The position numbers and the translations under genes are program-made. Below, piece after piece: positions 14,616-35,000 of a stretch of 64,000 bases of DNA. The DNA is from the human T2T-CHM13v2.0 reference genome, Homo sapiens. The DNA is taken from the NCBI RefSeq assembly GCF_009914755.1, contig NC_060940.1. One strand, 5' to 3'. The notes beneath the pieces are model-generated. The model did not search any database. It had not been told where the DNA came from and saw nothing but the letters and a program-made list of their open reading frames with translations. Positions within the stretch are counted from its first letter, which is position 1, and the number at the start of each line of letters is the position of its first letter.

Positions 14616-14940
14616 TGAAATGAAATGAAATGATGAAATGATGACATGAAATGAAATGAAATGATGGAACGGAATGATGAAATGATGAAATGAAATTAAA
14701 TGATAAAATGATGATATGAAATGAAATGATGAGATGAAATGAAATGGTGAAATGATGAAATGAAATGCTGAAATGAAATGAAATGATGAAATGATGAAAT
14801 GAAATGGTGCAATGAAATGAGGAAATGAAATGCTGAAATGAAATGATGAAGTGAAATGGTGAAATGAAATGAAATGATGAATTGATGTAATGAAGAAATG
14901 GTATGAAATGATGAAATGAAATGATGAAATAATGAAATGA
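14616..14940. repeat. (GAAAT)n / (GAAATGAT)n simple satellite-like tract
   Basis: ~325 bp of GAAAT pentamers interspersed with GAT triplets. Confidence 0.95.
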
Positions 14941-21096
<6,156 letters not shown>

Positions 21097-21099
21097 TAC

Positions 21100-22800
21100 A
21101 CTAATACAGATTAACCAACTAAAAAAATTGTAGAGAAAGGTCATTTAAAAAATATGAAGGATAGAGTAATAATCTAACACGTTGAAATCTAAGAAAGAGA
21201 AAACAGCTTGTCTGAACAGCATTTTAAGTGGCAATGTTAGAGGTTTTATCAAAATTGACCAATAATATTAAACGACAGGTTCAGGAGGCTTTTCAAAGCA
21301 AAGGAAAACACACACAGAGGACGCATCTAGAAACATAATGGGACAATTTCTGAAAAGTAAAAGATAAATGTAAAGAGCACTTGATAAAAAAAATTGGGCT
21401 AACTAGAAAGAGAAAGAGTTGAATGATAACAACTTTCTCAAATGAAACAATGAAAGCCAACAAGTGAGGTATTGATATCTTTCAAGTCCTGAAATAAAAT
21501 AAGTGCTGACCTAGAACTGTCTACTTGGTGGACATATCCATCAAAAGCAAAGATACAATAAAGAATTTCTCCCAAGCAGACCCACAGGAAAAGAAATACT
21601 AAAGATTATTCTTCAGGTAGAAGAACCATGATCCCTGATGAAAGTTTTCAGTTAGAAGAACATTTTTTTAATGAAAGAAATAAACATAGAGAGAAATTTA
21701 ATTGGATATTGACTGTATAACAGAATGCTATCTCATAAAGTTTAAAATGTATCTTCCATACAACGGCAGAAGCATATAAGTTGTGAGTTGGATAAATTAA
21801 TTTTAAAATATTGTCAAGTTTTTTTTTTGCAAATAGACAGATGTACCAATTATATTAGACCCTGAATTCAAGAATGCACGTTGTATTAAACCAGGTAAAC
21901 CATAACCAGACCAGATTTTTTAAATGGACTCTCTTAAAGTTTTTATAATTTATATTCATATTTCACATATGTTGAAAGTAAATAATGGAAAAGCATGCAA
22001 TGCAAATATTAAGCAAAATATAGCTTTCTTTGTACTTATATTCACATTTTAAAAGTTGGACACAGTTAAGTCTCAGTGATTTTTTTACACAACGGAGGCA
22101 ACCTGTGCAGTTATAACTAGTATTATATTATGCTCTTGGCCTGATTACAGAAGGGAAAGGGGAGATCATACCAGACAATGGCAGAATGAAGCAACAAGGA
22201 GTAGAGCTACAGAACATGATGCTGTAACTGGGACTGGAGTTACACTTTTAGAGTTAAAGAATAGTAAACTGGACAAAATATATGAAACATTTTTTTGAAG
22301 TACTGAACATCAGGCAGCACATGACTGTGCTCCACAAGAGAAGAGAAGGAGACAGAATGAGGCCTGCTTTATTCCCAGATTCTCCGTGACAGCAGTAGAG
22401 AGGAATCCCAGAGAGAGCAGACATTGTCATTGCACTGAGGAACCAGATAAAAATCAAAAAAGGTTAAGCAGCTGTAATGTGTAGTAGAAGAGAACGTTTA
22501 CAGAAAAAGGAACCAAGAATCAGCCTAAGGATTCTCCCAAGTCCCTAAGCCAAATGTACATAGGATGAAATTCTAAGGAGCTCAGCAAAGGACTGTACCA
22601 GGGAGTTGGAAGAAGAACATTTCCCTGGCATCACATGACAGGAAGACACGTTAGCTCTGATGAGCCAGAGAAGGGAATCCCCTCTGTACCTCCAGGATAT
22701 TCAGTAAAGACCACTGGAGGTTCATGCCCTAGTGACAATGCTCATTTCGCTCCAAATTACAGATGGCTCTAGACTAACTCAACAAAGTTTAAAGAGAAGA
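21100..22800 (+). mobile_element. Old degraded L1M-type remnants (ORF1-like and adjacent)
   Basis: L1 ORF1-like relic phrases ('gaaacaatgaaagccaacaag...atatctttcaagtcctgaaa', 'aaatactaaagattattcttcagg'). Boundaries are approximate. Confidence 0.5.
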
Positions 22801-22828
22801 TTTAAAACAACAACAGAAAAATACTCAT

Positions 22829-23001
22829 CCTGCAAAGGACATGAACTCATCATTTTTTATGGCTGCATAGTATTCCATGGTGTATATGTGCCACATTTTC
22901 TTAATCCAGTCTATCATTGTTGGACATTTGGTTTGGTTCCAAGTCTTTGCTATTGTGAATAATGCTGCAATAAACATACGTGTGCATGTGTCTTTATAGC
23001 A
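22829..23001 (-). mobile_element. ~173-bp internal fragment of a young L1PA (ORF2 C-terminal region)
   Basis: Encodes [56 protein letters not shown]. No 3'UTR or tail. Joined directly to alpha satellite. Confidence 0.92.
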
Positions 23002-26000
23002 ACTCTCTGAGTTGAATGCACACATCACAAAGAATTTTCTGAGAATTCTTCTGTCTAGCTTTTATGTGAAGAAATATCGTTTTCAATATAGGCCTCAAAA
23101 GGAACCAAATATCAACTTGCAGATTATACAAAAAGAGCGTTTCAAAACTGCTGTATCAAAAGAAATTTTCAACTTTGCGAGTTGAGTGAACACATCACAA
23201 AGAAGCTTCGGCGAATGCTTCTGTCTAGTTTTTATGTGAAGATAGTTCGTTTTCCATCACAAGCCTTAAAGGGAAACAAATATTCACTTGCAGATTCTAC
23301 AAAATGTGTGTTTCAAAACTCCTCTATCAAAAGATAGTTTCAAATTCATAAGTTGAATGCACACATAACAAGGAAGTTTCTGAGAAAGCTTCTGTCTAGT
23401 TTTTATGTGAACATATTTCCTTTTCTACCATTGGCCTCCCAGCGCTCCATATATCCACTTGCAGATTCTACACAAAGAGTGTTTCATAACTGCTCTATCA
23501 AAAGAAATTTTCAACTCTTTGAGTCGAATGCAAGCATCACAAGGAAGTTTCTGAGAATGCTTCTGTCTAGTTTTAATGTGAAGATATTTCCTTTTCCACC
23601 ATAGGCCTCAAAGCGCTCCAAATATCCACTTGCAGATCCTACAAAAAGAGTGTTTCAAAACTTCTCTATCAAAAGAAAGGTTCAACTCTGTGAGTTGAAT
23701 GCACAGATCATAAAAAAGTTTCGGATAATGCTTCTGTCTAGTTTTTATGTGAAGATAATTCCTTTTCCACCTTAGGCTTCAAAGTGCTCCAAGCATCCAC
23801 TTGCAGATTCTACAAAAAGAGTGTTTCAAATCAGCTGTATCAAAAGAGAGGTGCAACTCCTTGAGTTGAAAGAACACATCAAAAAGAATTTTCTGAGAAT
23901 GCTTCTGTCTTGTTTTTATGTGAAGATATTCTGTTTTCCAACAGAGGCCTCAGAGGGAACCAACTTTTCACTTGCAGATTCTAAAAAAAGAGTGTTTCAA
24001 AGTTGCTCTGTTAAAAGAAATATTCAACTCTGTCAGCAGAATACACACATTAAAAAGATGTTTCAGAGAATGCATCAGCCTAGTTTTTAAGTGAAGATAT
24101 TTCCTTTTACACCACAGGCCTTAAAGCACTCCAATTATCCACTTGCAGATTCTACAAAGAGTGTTTCAAAACTGCTCTGTCAATAGAAATGTTCAACTCT
24201 CTGAGTTGAATGCACACATCACAAAACAGTTTCGGAGGACGCTTCTGTCTATTTTTATGTGAAGATGATTCCTTTTCCACCATAGGCCTCACAGTGCTCC
24301 ATATATCCACATGCAGATCCTACAAAAAGAGTGTTTCAAAACTGCTCTAACAAAAGAAAGGTTCAACCCTGGAAGTTGAATGCACACAACACAAAGAAGA
24401 TTCTGAGAATGCTGTCTAGCTTTTATGGGAAGATATTTCGTTTTCCAACATATGCCTCAAAAGGAACCAAATATCAACTTGCAGATTATACAAAAAGAGT
24501 GTCTGAAAACTGCTTTATCAAAAGAAACTTTCAGCTCTGTCAGTTGAGTGAACACATCACAAAGAAGCTTTGGCGAATGCTTCTCTCTAGTTTTTATGAG
24601 AAGATAGTTCTTTTTCCATCATAAGCCTTAAAGGGAAACAAATATCCACTTGCAGATTGTACAAAATGTTTGTTTCAAAACTGCACTATCCAAAGATAAG
24701 TTCAATTCTGTGAGTTGAATTAACACGTCACAAAGAAGTTTCTGAGAATACTTCTGTCTAGTTTTTATGCGAACATATTTCCTTATCCACCATAGGCCTT
24801 TAAGCCTTTCATATATCCACTTGCAGATTCTACAAAAAGATTGTTTCAAAACTGCTCTATCAAAAGAAAGGTTCAACTCTGTGAGTTGAATGCACACATC
24901 ACAAGAAGTTTCTGAAAATGCTTCTGTCTAGTTTTTATGTGAAGATATATAAGTTTCCACCATAGGCCTCAAAGCGCTCCAAATATCCACTTGCAGATTC
25001 TACAAAACAGTGTTTCAAAACTGCTCTATCAAAAGAAAGGTTGAACTCTGTGAGTTGAATGCACGCATCCAAAGAAGTTTCTGAGAATGTTTTCGTTTAG
25101 CTTTTATGGGAAGATATTTCCTTTTCCACCATAGGCCTCAAAGCGCTCCAAGTATCCATTTGTAGATGCTACAAAAAGAGTGTTTCAAAACTGCTCTATC
25201 AAAAGAAAGGTTCAACGCTGTGAGTTTAATGCACACATCACAAAGAACTTTCTGGGAATGCTTCTGTCTTGTTATTATGTGAAGATATTTCGTTTTCCTA
25301 CATAGGCCTCAAAGGGAATCAACTTTCCACATGCAGATTCTACAAAAAGAGTGTTTCAAAGCTGCTCTATCAAAAGAAATGTTCAACTCTGTGAGCTGAA
25401 TGCACACATCACAAAGAAGTTTCGAAGAATGCTTCTGTCTATTTTTCATTTGAAGATATGTCCTTTTACGTCATAGGCCTTAAAGCACTCCAAATATCCA
25501 TTTGAGAAAACTACAAAAGGGTTGTTTCAAGACTGCTCTATCAAAAGAAAGATTCAACTCTGTGATTTGAATGCACACATCACAAAGTAGTTTCAGAGAA
25601 TGCTTATGTCTAGTTTTTATGTGAACATATTTCCTTCCCACAGTAGGCCTCAAAGCGCTCCAAATATCCACATGCAGATGCTACAAAAAGAGTGTTTCAA
25701 AACTGCTCTATCAAAAGTTAGGTTCAACTCTGTGGGTTGAATTCACACATCACAAATCAGATTCTGAGAATGTCTTTGCCTAGTTTTTATGATAAGATAG
25801 TTCGTTTCCCTACAGAGGCCTCAAAAGGCACCAAATATCAACTTGCAGATTATACAAAAAGAGTGTTTCAAATCTGCTCTGTCAAAAGAAAATTACAACT
25901 CTCTGAGTTGAATGCACACATCACAAAGAAGTTTGGAAGAATGCTTCTGTCTAGTTTTTATGTGAAGATAGTTCGTTTTCCATTATAGACCTCAAAGGGA

Positions 26001-29000
26001 ACAAAATATCCACTTACATATTCTACAAAATGTGTTTTTCAAAACTGCTGTATCAAAAGATAAGTTCAACTCTGTGAGTTCAATGCACAGATCACAAAGA
26101 AGTTTCCGAGAATGCTTCTGTCTTGTTTTTATGTGAAGATATTTCCTTTTCCACAGTAGGTCTCTAAGCGCTACAAATATCCAATTGCAGATTCTACAAA
26201 AACAGTGTTTCAAACTGCACTATCAAAAGAAAGGTTCAACTCTGTGAGTTGAATGCACGCATCACAAAGAAGGTTCTGAGAATTCTTCTGTCTAGTTTTT
26301 ATGTGAAGAAATTTCCGTTTCTACCATAGTCGTCAATGCACTCCAAATATCCACTTGCACATTCCACAAAAAGAGTGTTTCAAAACTGCTCTGTCAAACG
26401 AAAGGTTCAGCTCTCGAGTTGAATGCCCACATCACAAAAAACTTTCAGAAAATGCTTCTCTGTAGTTTTTATGTGAAGATTCTCTTTTTCCAGCACAGGC
26501 CTCTAAGGGAACAAAATATACACTTGCAGATTCTACAAAAAGAGTGTTTCAGAAATGCTCTATCAAAGGAAAGGTTCAATTCTGTGAGTTGAATGCACAC
26601 GAAGAAGTTTCTGAGAATGTTTCAGTTTAGTTCTTATGGGAAGATATTTCCTCTTCCACCTTAGGCCTGAAAGCACTCCAAATATCCACTTGCAGATTCT
26701 ACAAAAAGAGTTTTTCAAATCTGCTCTTTCAAAAGAAAGGTTCAACTCTGTGAGTTGAATGCAGGCATCACAAAGAATTTTCCGAGAATGCTTCTGTTTA
26801 GTTTTTTTTTTGTGAAGATAGTTCGTTTTCCATTATAGGCCTCAAAAGGAAACAAAATATCCACTTGTAGATTCTACAAAATGTGTGTTTCAAAACTGCT
26901 CTATCAAAAGATAGATTCAAATCTGTGAGTTGAATGCACACATCGCACAAAGTTTCTGAGAAAAGTTCTGTCTAGTTTTTAAGTGAAGATATTTCCTTTT
27001 CCACCGTAGGCCTCAAAGCGCTGCAAATATCCACTTGCATATTCTTATAAAAGAGTGTTTCCAAACTGATCTATCAAAAGAAAGTTTGAACACTTTGAGT
27101 TGAATGCAGACATCACATGGAAGTTTCTGAGAATGCTTCTGCATAGTTTTTATGTGAAGATATTTCCTTTTACAACATAGCCCTCTAAACTCTCCATATA
27201 TTCACGTGGAGATTCTACTAAAAGAGTGAATCAAATCTCCTCTAACAAAATAAAGTTTCAACTCTTTAAGTTGAGTGCACACATTGCAAGGAAGTTTCTG
27301 AGAATACTTCTGTCTAGTTTTTATGTGAAGATATTTAATTTTCCACCATAGGCCTCAAAGCACTCTAAATATCCACATGCATATTCCTCAAAAATAGTGT
27401 TTCAAAACTTCTCTATCAAAATAAAGGTTCAACTCTGTGAGTTGAATGCACACATCACAAGGAAGTTTCTGAGAATGCTTCTGTCTCGTTTTTATTCGAA
27501 GATATTTCCTTTTCCACAACAGGCCACATAGCGCTCCAAATATCCACTTGCAGATTCTACAAAAAGAGTGTTTCAAAACTGCTCTATCAAAACAATGTTT
27601 AAACTCTGTGAGTTGAATGCACACATCACAAAGAACTTTCCGTGAATGCTTCTGTCTAGTTTTTATGTGAAGATAATCCCTTTTCCACTGAAGGCCTCAT
27701 AGTGGTCCAAGTATCCTCATACAGATTCTACAAAAAGAGTGTTTCAAAACTGTTCTATCAAAAGAAAGGTTCAACTCTGTGAGTTGAATGCACACATCAC
27801 AAAGAAGTTTCTGAGAATGCTTCTGTCTAGTTTTTATGTGAAGATAATCCCTTTTCCACTGAAGGCCTCATAGTGGTCCAAGTATCCTCATACAGATTCT
27901 ACAAAAAGAGTGTTTCAAAACTGTTCTATCAAAAGAAAGGTTCAACTCTGTGAGTTGAATGCACACATCACAAAGAAGTTTCTGAGAATGCTTCTGTCTA
28001 GTTTTTATGTGAAGATATTTCCTTTTTCCACCATAGGCCTTTAAGCTTTCCATATATCCACTTGCAGATTCTACAAAAAGATTGTTTCAAAACTGCTCTA
28101 TCAAAAGAAAGGTTCTACTCTGTGAGTTGAATGCACACATCACAAAGTAGTTTATGAGAATGCTTCTGTCTAGTTTTTATGTGAAGATATTTAATTTTCC
28201 ACCATAGGCCTCTAAGCACTCTAAATATCCACTTGCATATTCTATAGAAAGAGTGATTCAAATGGCTCTATCAAAAGAAAGGTTCAACTCTGTGAGTTGA
28301 ATGCACGCATCTCAAAGAAGTATCTGATAATATTTTAGTTTACTTTTCATGGGAAGATATTTCCTTTTCCACCATAGGCCTCAAAGTGCTCAAATATGCA
28401 CTTGCAGATACTACAAAAAGAGTGTTTCAAAACTGCTATAACAAAGGAAAGGTTCAACTGTGTGAGCTTAATTCACACATCACAAAGAAGTTTCGGAGGA
28501 TACTTTTGTCTAGTTTTCATATGAAGATTATGTCTTTTCCACCTTAGGCCTCAGAGCGCTCCAAGTATCCATTTGCAGATTCTACAAAAAGAGTGTTTCA
28601 AAACTGCTCTATGAAAAGAAAGGTCCAACACTGTGGGTTGAATGCACACATCACAAAGAAGTTTCGAAGAATGCTTCTGTCTAGTTTTCAAGTGAAGATA
28701 TTTCCTTTTACATCATAGTCCTTAAAGCACAACAAATATCCTTTTGAAGACACTACAAAAAGAGTGTTTCAAAACTGCTGTTTCAAAAGAAAAATTCAAC
28801 TCTATGAGTTGAATGCACACGTCACAAAGTAGTATCGGAGAATGCTTATGTCTAGTTTTAATGTGAAGATATTTCCTTTTCTTCCGTAGGCCTCAAAGGG
28901 CTCCAAATATCCACATGCAGATACTACAAAAAGAGTGTTTCAAACCTGCTCTATCAAAAGAAAGCTTCAACCCTGTGGGTTGAATGCACCCAACACGAAG

Positions 29001-32000
29001 TAGTTTCTCAGAATGCTTCTGTCTAGATTTTATGTTAAGGTATTTCGTTTTCCAACACAGCCTTCAAAAGGTACCAAATATGAACTTGCAGATTATACAA
29101 GAAGAGTGTTTCAAAACTGCTCTATCAACAGAAACTTTCAACTCTGTGAGTTGAATGCACAGATCACAAAAATGTTTCCGAGAATGCTTCTGTCTAGTTT
29201 TTATGTGAGGATATTTCCTTTTCCACCATAGGCCTCAAGGCGTTCCAAATATCCACTTGCAGATTCTACAAAAAGAGTGTTTCAAAACTGCTCTATCAAA
29301 AGAAGGTTCAACTCTGTGAGTTGAATGCACACATCACAAAGGAGTTTCTGAGAATGCTTCTGTCTGTTTATTATGTAAAGATATTTCGTTTTCCAACATA
29401 TGCCTCAAAGGGAACCGCATATGCAACTACAGATCCTTCAGAAAGAGTATTTCAAATCTGCTCTATCAAAAAAAGTGTACATCTCTCTGAGTTGAATGCA
29501 CACATCTCGAAGAAGTTTCTGAGACTGCTCCTGTTTAGTTTTTACGTGAAGATATTTCCTTTTCCACCACAGTCCTCAAAGCGGTCCACATATTCACTTG
29601 CAGATATTACCAAAATAGTGTTTGAAAACTGTTCTGTCAAAAGAAAGTTTCAACACTGTGAGTAGAATGCACAGGTCACTATGTAGTTTCAGAGAATGCT
29701 TCTTTCTAATTTTTACCTGAAGATATTTCTTTCTCCACCATAGGCCTCAAAGTGCTCCATATGTCCACTTGCAGATTTTAAAAAAAGGGAGTTTTCAAAC
29801 TGCTCTATCAAAAGAAATGTTCAACACCGTGAGTTGATTTCACACATCACAAAGAAGTTTTGGGGAACGCTTCTGTCTACTTTTTATGTGAAGATATTTC
29901 CTTTTCACCATAGGCCTCAAAGCGCTCCAAATATCCAATTGCAGATTCTACAAAAAGAGTCCATCAGAACTGCTCTATCAATAGAAAGGTTCAGCTCAGT
30001 GAGTTAAATCCACGCATCACAAAGAAGTTTCAGAGAATGCTTCTGTCTACTTTTTATGTGAAGATATTTCCTTTTCCGCTATAGGCCTCCAAGCGCTCCA
30101 TATATCCAATTGCAAATTCTACAAAAAATGTGTTTCAAAACTGCTCTACCAAAAGAATGCTTCAAATCTGTGAGTTGAATGCACACATCACAAAGAAGTT
30201 TCTGAGAATGCTTCTTTCTACTTTTTTTGCAAAGATATTTTGTTTTCCATCATTGGTCTCAAAGAGCTCTAATTATTCACTTGCAGATTCTGCAAAAAGA
30301 GTGTTTCAAAACTACTCTATCAAAAGAAAGCTTCAACTTTCTGAGTTGAAACCCCTCACCACAAAGAAGTTTCTGAGAATGTTTCTGTCTAGTTTTTATG
30401 TGAAGATATTTCGTTTTCCAACATAGACCTCAAAGGGAACAACATATCCACTGGCAGATTCTACAAAAAGAGTGTTTCAATACTGCTCTATCAAAAGAAG
30501 GGTACAACTGTGTGAGTTGAATGCACACTTCACAAAGAAGTTTCTGAGAATGCTCCTGTCCAGTTTTTACCTGAAGATACTTCCTTTTCCACCATAGGCC
30601 ACAAATGGCCCCATATATCCACTTGCAGATATTATAATAGAGGGTGTCAAAACTGCTCTATCAAAAGAAAGTTTCAACCCTGTGAGTGGAAAGCACACAT
30701 CACAAAGAAGTTTATGAGAATGCTTCTATCTAGTATTTATGTGAAGATATTTTGTTTTCCAACAGAGGCCTCAATGGGAACGAAATATCCACTTGCAGAT
30801 TCTACAAAAAGAGTGTTTCAAAACTGCTCTATCAGAAGAAATGTTCAATTTTGTGAGCTGAATGCACAGATCACAAAGAAATTTCTGAGAATGCCTCTGT
30901 CTAGCTTTTATGTCAAGATATTTCCTTTTCCACCACAGGGCTGAAAGGGCTCCAAATATCCACTTGCAGATTTTACAAAAAGTGTGTTTCAAAACTGCTC
31001 TATCAAAAGAAAAGTTCAACTCTGTGAGTTGAATGCACACATAATAAAGAAGTTTCTGAGAATGCTTCTGTCCAGTTTTTATGTGAACATATTTTGTTTT
31101 CCAACATAGGCTTCAAAGGGAAGAAAATATCCACTTGCAGATTCTACAAAAAGAGTATTTCAAAACTACTCTATCAAAAGAAAAGTTCAACTCTGTGAAT
31201 TGAATGCACACATCACAAAGAAGTTTCAGAGAATGCTTCTGTCTATTTTTTTATGTCAAGATATTTCCTTTTCCACCATAGGCCTCACAGTGAACAAAAT
31301 AACCACTTGTAGATTCTACAAAAAGAGTGTTTCAATACTGCTCTATCAAAAAAAAAAAAAAAATTCAACTCTGTGAGTTGAATGCACACACCACAAAGAA
31401 GTTTCTGAGAATGCTTCTGTCTAGTTTTATGTGAAGATATTTTGCTTTACAACAAGGCCTCCAAGGGAACCAAATATCAACTTACAGATCCAGAAAAAAC
31501 AGTGTTTCAAAACTCCTCTATCAAAAGAAAGGTTCAATTCTGTGAGTTTCATGCACACATCAAAAAGAAGTTTCTGAGAATGCTTCTCCGTAATTTTTAT
31601 GTTAAGTTATTTCCTTTCCCACCGTAGGCCTCAAAGCGCTCCAAAGATACACTTGCAGAGCTATAATACGAGTGTTTCAAAACAGGTCTATCAAAAGGAA
31701 GTTTCAAATCTGTGAGTTGAATGCACACATCACAAATAACTTTCTGAGAACGCTTCTGTCTAGTTTTATATGAAGATATTTTCTTTTCCACCATAGGCAT
31801 CAAAGTCCACCATAGGCTCCAAATGTCCACATGCAGAATCTACAAGAGAGTTTTTGAAAACTGCTCTATCAAAGAAAGGTTCAACTCTGTGAGTTGAATG
31901 AAAACAGCACAACGAAGTTTCTGAGAAAGATTCTGTCTAGTTTTTATGTGAAAATATTTCATTTTCCAACATAGACCTCAAAGGGAACTAAATATCCACT

Positions 32001-35000
32001 TGCCGATTCTACAAAAATAGTGTTTCAAATCTGTTCTATCAAAAGAAAGGTTCAACTCTGGGAGTTGAATGCACACATCACAAGAAGTTTCTGAGAATGC
32101 TTCCGTCTAATTTTTATGTGAAGATATTTCCTTTTCCAACACAGGTCACAAAGGGAACCAAATATCCAATTGCAGGTCCTACAAAAAGAGTTTTTCAAAA
32201 CTGCTCTATCAAAAGAATGCTCCAACTCTGTGAGTTGAATGCACACATCACAAAGTAGTTTCGGAGAATGCTTCTGTCTATTTTTTATGTGCAGATATTT
32301 CCTTTTCCAACAATCGCCTCAAAGCACTCCAAATATCCGTTTGCAGATTCTACAAAAAGAGTTTTTCAAAACTGCTCTATCAAAAGAAAGGTTCAACTCT
32401 ATGAGACGAATGCACACATCACAAAGGAGTTTCTGAGAATGCTTCTGTCTAGTTTTTATGTGAAGATATTTCATTTTCCACCATAGTCCTCAAAGGGATA
32501 CAAATATCTACTTGCAGATTCTACAAAAAGAGTGTTTCAAAACTGCTCTTTCAAAAGAATGATCAACTCGGTAAGTTGAATGCAAACATCACAAAGAAGT
32601 TTGCGAGAGTGCTTCTGTGTAGTTTTAATGTTTAGTTATTTCCTTTTCCACCATAGGCCTCAAAGCACTGCAAATGTCCACTTGCAGATTCTACAAAAAC
32701 AGTTTTTCAAAACTGCTCTACCAAAAGAGACGTTCAAGTCTGTGAGTTGAATGTACATATCACAAAGAATTTTCTGAGAATGCTTCCATCTAGTTTTAAA
32801 ATGAATATATTTCCTTTTCCACCATAGGCCTCAAAGAGCTTCAAATATCCATTTGCAGATTGTACAAAAAACGTGTTTCATAATTGCTCTAACGAAGAAA
32901 ATTTCAACTCTTTGAGTTGAATGCACACTTCACAAAGAAGTTTCTGAGAATGCTTCTGTCTAGTTTTTATGTGAAGATGTTTCCTTTTCCACCATATTCC
33001 TGAAAGGGTTCCAAATATCCACGTGCAGATTCTACAAAAAGAGTATTTCAAAACTGCTCTTTCAAAAAAATGTTTCAACTCTGTGAGTTGAATGCACACA
33101 TCACAAAGAAGATTCTGAGAATCCTTCAGTCTAGATTTTATTTAAACATATTTCCTTATCCACCATAGGCCTCAAAATGCTCCAAATATCCACTTGCAGA
33201 TTCTACAAAAAGAGTGTTTCAAGACTGCTCTATCAAAAGAAAGGTTCAACTCTCAGTTGAATGCACACATCACAAAGAAGTATCTGAGAATTCTTCTGTC
33301 TAGTTTTTATGTCAATATATTTCCTTTTCCACCATAGTTCTCAAAGCCCTCCCAATATCCACGTGCAGATTCTCCAAAAAGAATGTTTCAACACTGCTCC
33401 ATCAAAAGAAAGTTTCAACTCTGTGAGTTCAATGCACACATTACGAAGCAGATTCTGAGAATGCTTCCATGTACTTTTTATTTGAAGATATTTCCTTTTT
33501 CACCGTAGAGTGCAAAGGGATCCAAATATCCACTTGCAGATTCTACAAAATCAGAGATTCTAAACTATTCAACCAAAAGATAGGTGCAACTCTGTGAGAT
33601 GAATGCGCACATCACAAAGTAATTTCTCAGAATGCTTCTGAGTAGTTTTGATGTGAAGATATTTCCTTTTCCACAATAGGCCACAAAGGGCTACAATAAT
33701 GCCTCTGCAGATTCTACAAAAATAGTGTCTCAAAACTACTCATTCAAAAGAAAATTTAAACTCTGTGTGACGAATGTACAAATGGCAAAGTAGTTTCTCA
33801 GAATGCTTCTGAGTAGTTTTTACGTGAAGATATCTCCTTTTCCACAATAGGCCTCACAGATCTTCAAACATCCACTTGTAGATTCTGCAAAAAGAGAGAT
33901 TCAAAATTGCTCAATCAAAACACAGGTTCAACACTGTGAGGTGAATGCACACATCAATAAGAAGTTTCTGAGAATGCTTCTGTGTAGTTTTTATTTGAAG
34001 ATATCTCCTTTTCCACCATAGGGTGCAAAATGCTCGAAATATCCAATTGCAGATTCTACAAAAAGAGTGTTTCAAAACTGCTCAATCATAAGATATGTTT
34101 AACCTTGTGAGAAGAATGCACACATCACAAAGGAGTTTCTCAGAATGTTTCTGTGTAGTTTATATTTGAAGACATTTCCTTTTCCACTATAGGCCGCAAA
34201 GGGCTCCAAATATCCACTTGCAGATTCTGCAGAAAGAGAGATTCCAAACTGCTCAATCAAAAGACATATTCAACTCTGTGAGTTGAAAGCACCCATTCCA
34301 ACGAAATTTCTCAGAATGCTTCTGTGTAGTTTTTATGTGAAGATATTTGCTTTTCCACAGTAGGCCTCAAAGGGCTACAAATACACAAATGCAGATTCTG
34401 CAAAAGTGAGATTCAAAACTGCTCAATCAAAAGATAGGTTCAACTCTGTGAGTGGAACGCATACATCGCAAAGAAGTTTCTCTGAATGCATCTGTGTAGT
34501 TTTTATTTAAAGGTATTTCTCTTTTCTCATAGGGTGCAAAGCTCTCCAAATATCCACTTGCAGATACTACAAAAAGAGAGATTCAAAACTACTCAATGAG
34601 AAGATAAGTTCAAGCCGTTGAGTTGAATGCACACCTCAAAAAGAAGTTTCTCAGAATGATTCTGTGTAGTTTTTATGTGAAGATATTTCTTTTTCCACAT
34701 AGGACTCAAAGCACTCCAAATATCGACTTGCAGATTCTACAAAAAGAATGATTCAGAACTGCTAAATAAAAGAAACATTCAACTCTGTGAGATTAATGCA
34801 CACATCACAAAGCAGTTTCTCAGAATGCTTCTGTGTAGTTTTTATGTGAAGATATGGGCTTTTCCACAGTAGGCCTCAAGGGGCTCCAAATATCCAACTG
34901 CAGATTCACAAAAAGAGAGATTCAAAACTGCTCAATCAAAAGATAGGTTCAACTCTGTAAGTTGAATGCACACTTCACAGTTAAGTTTCTCATAATATTT

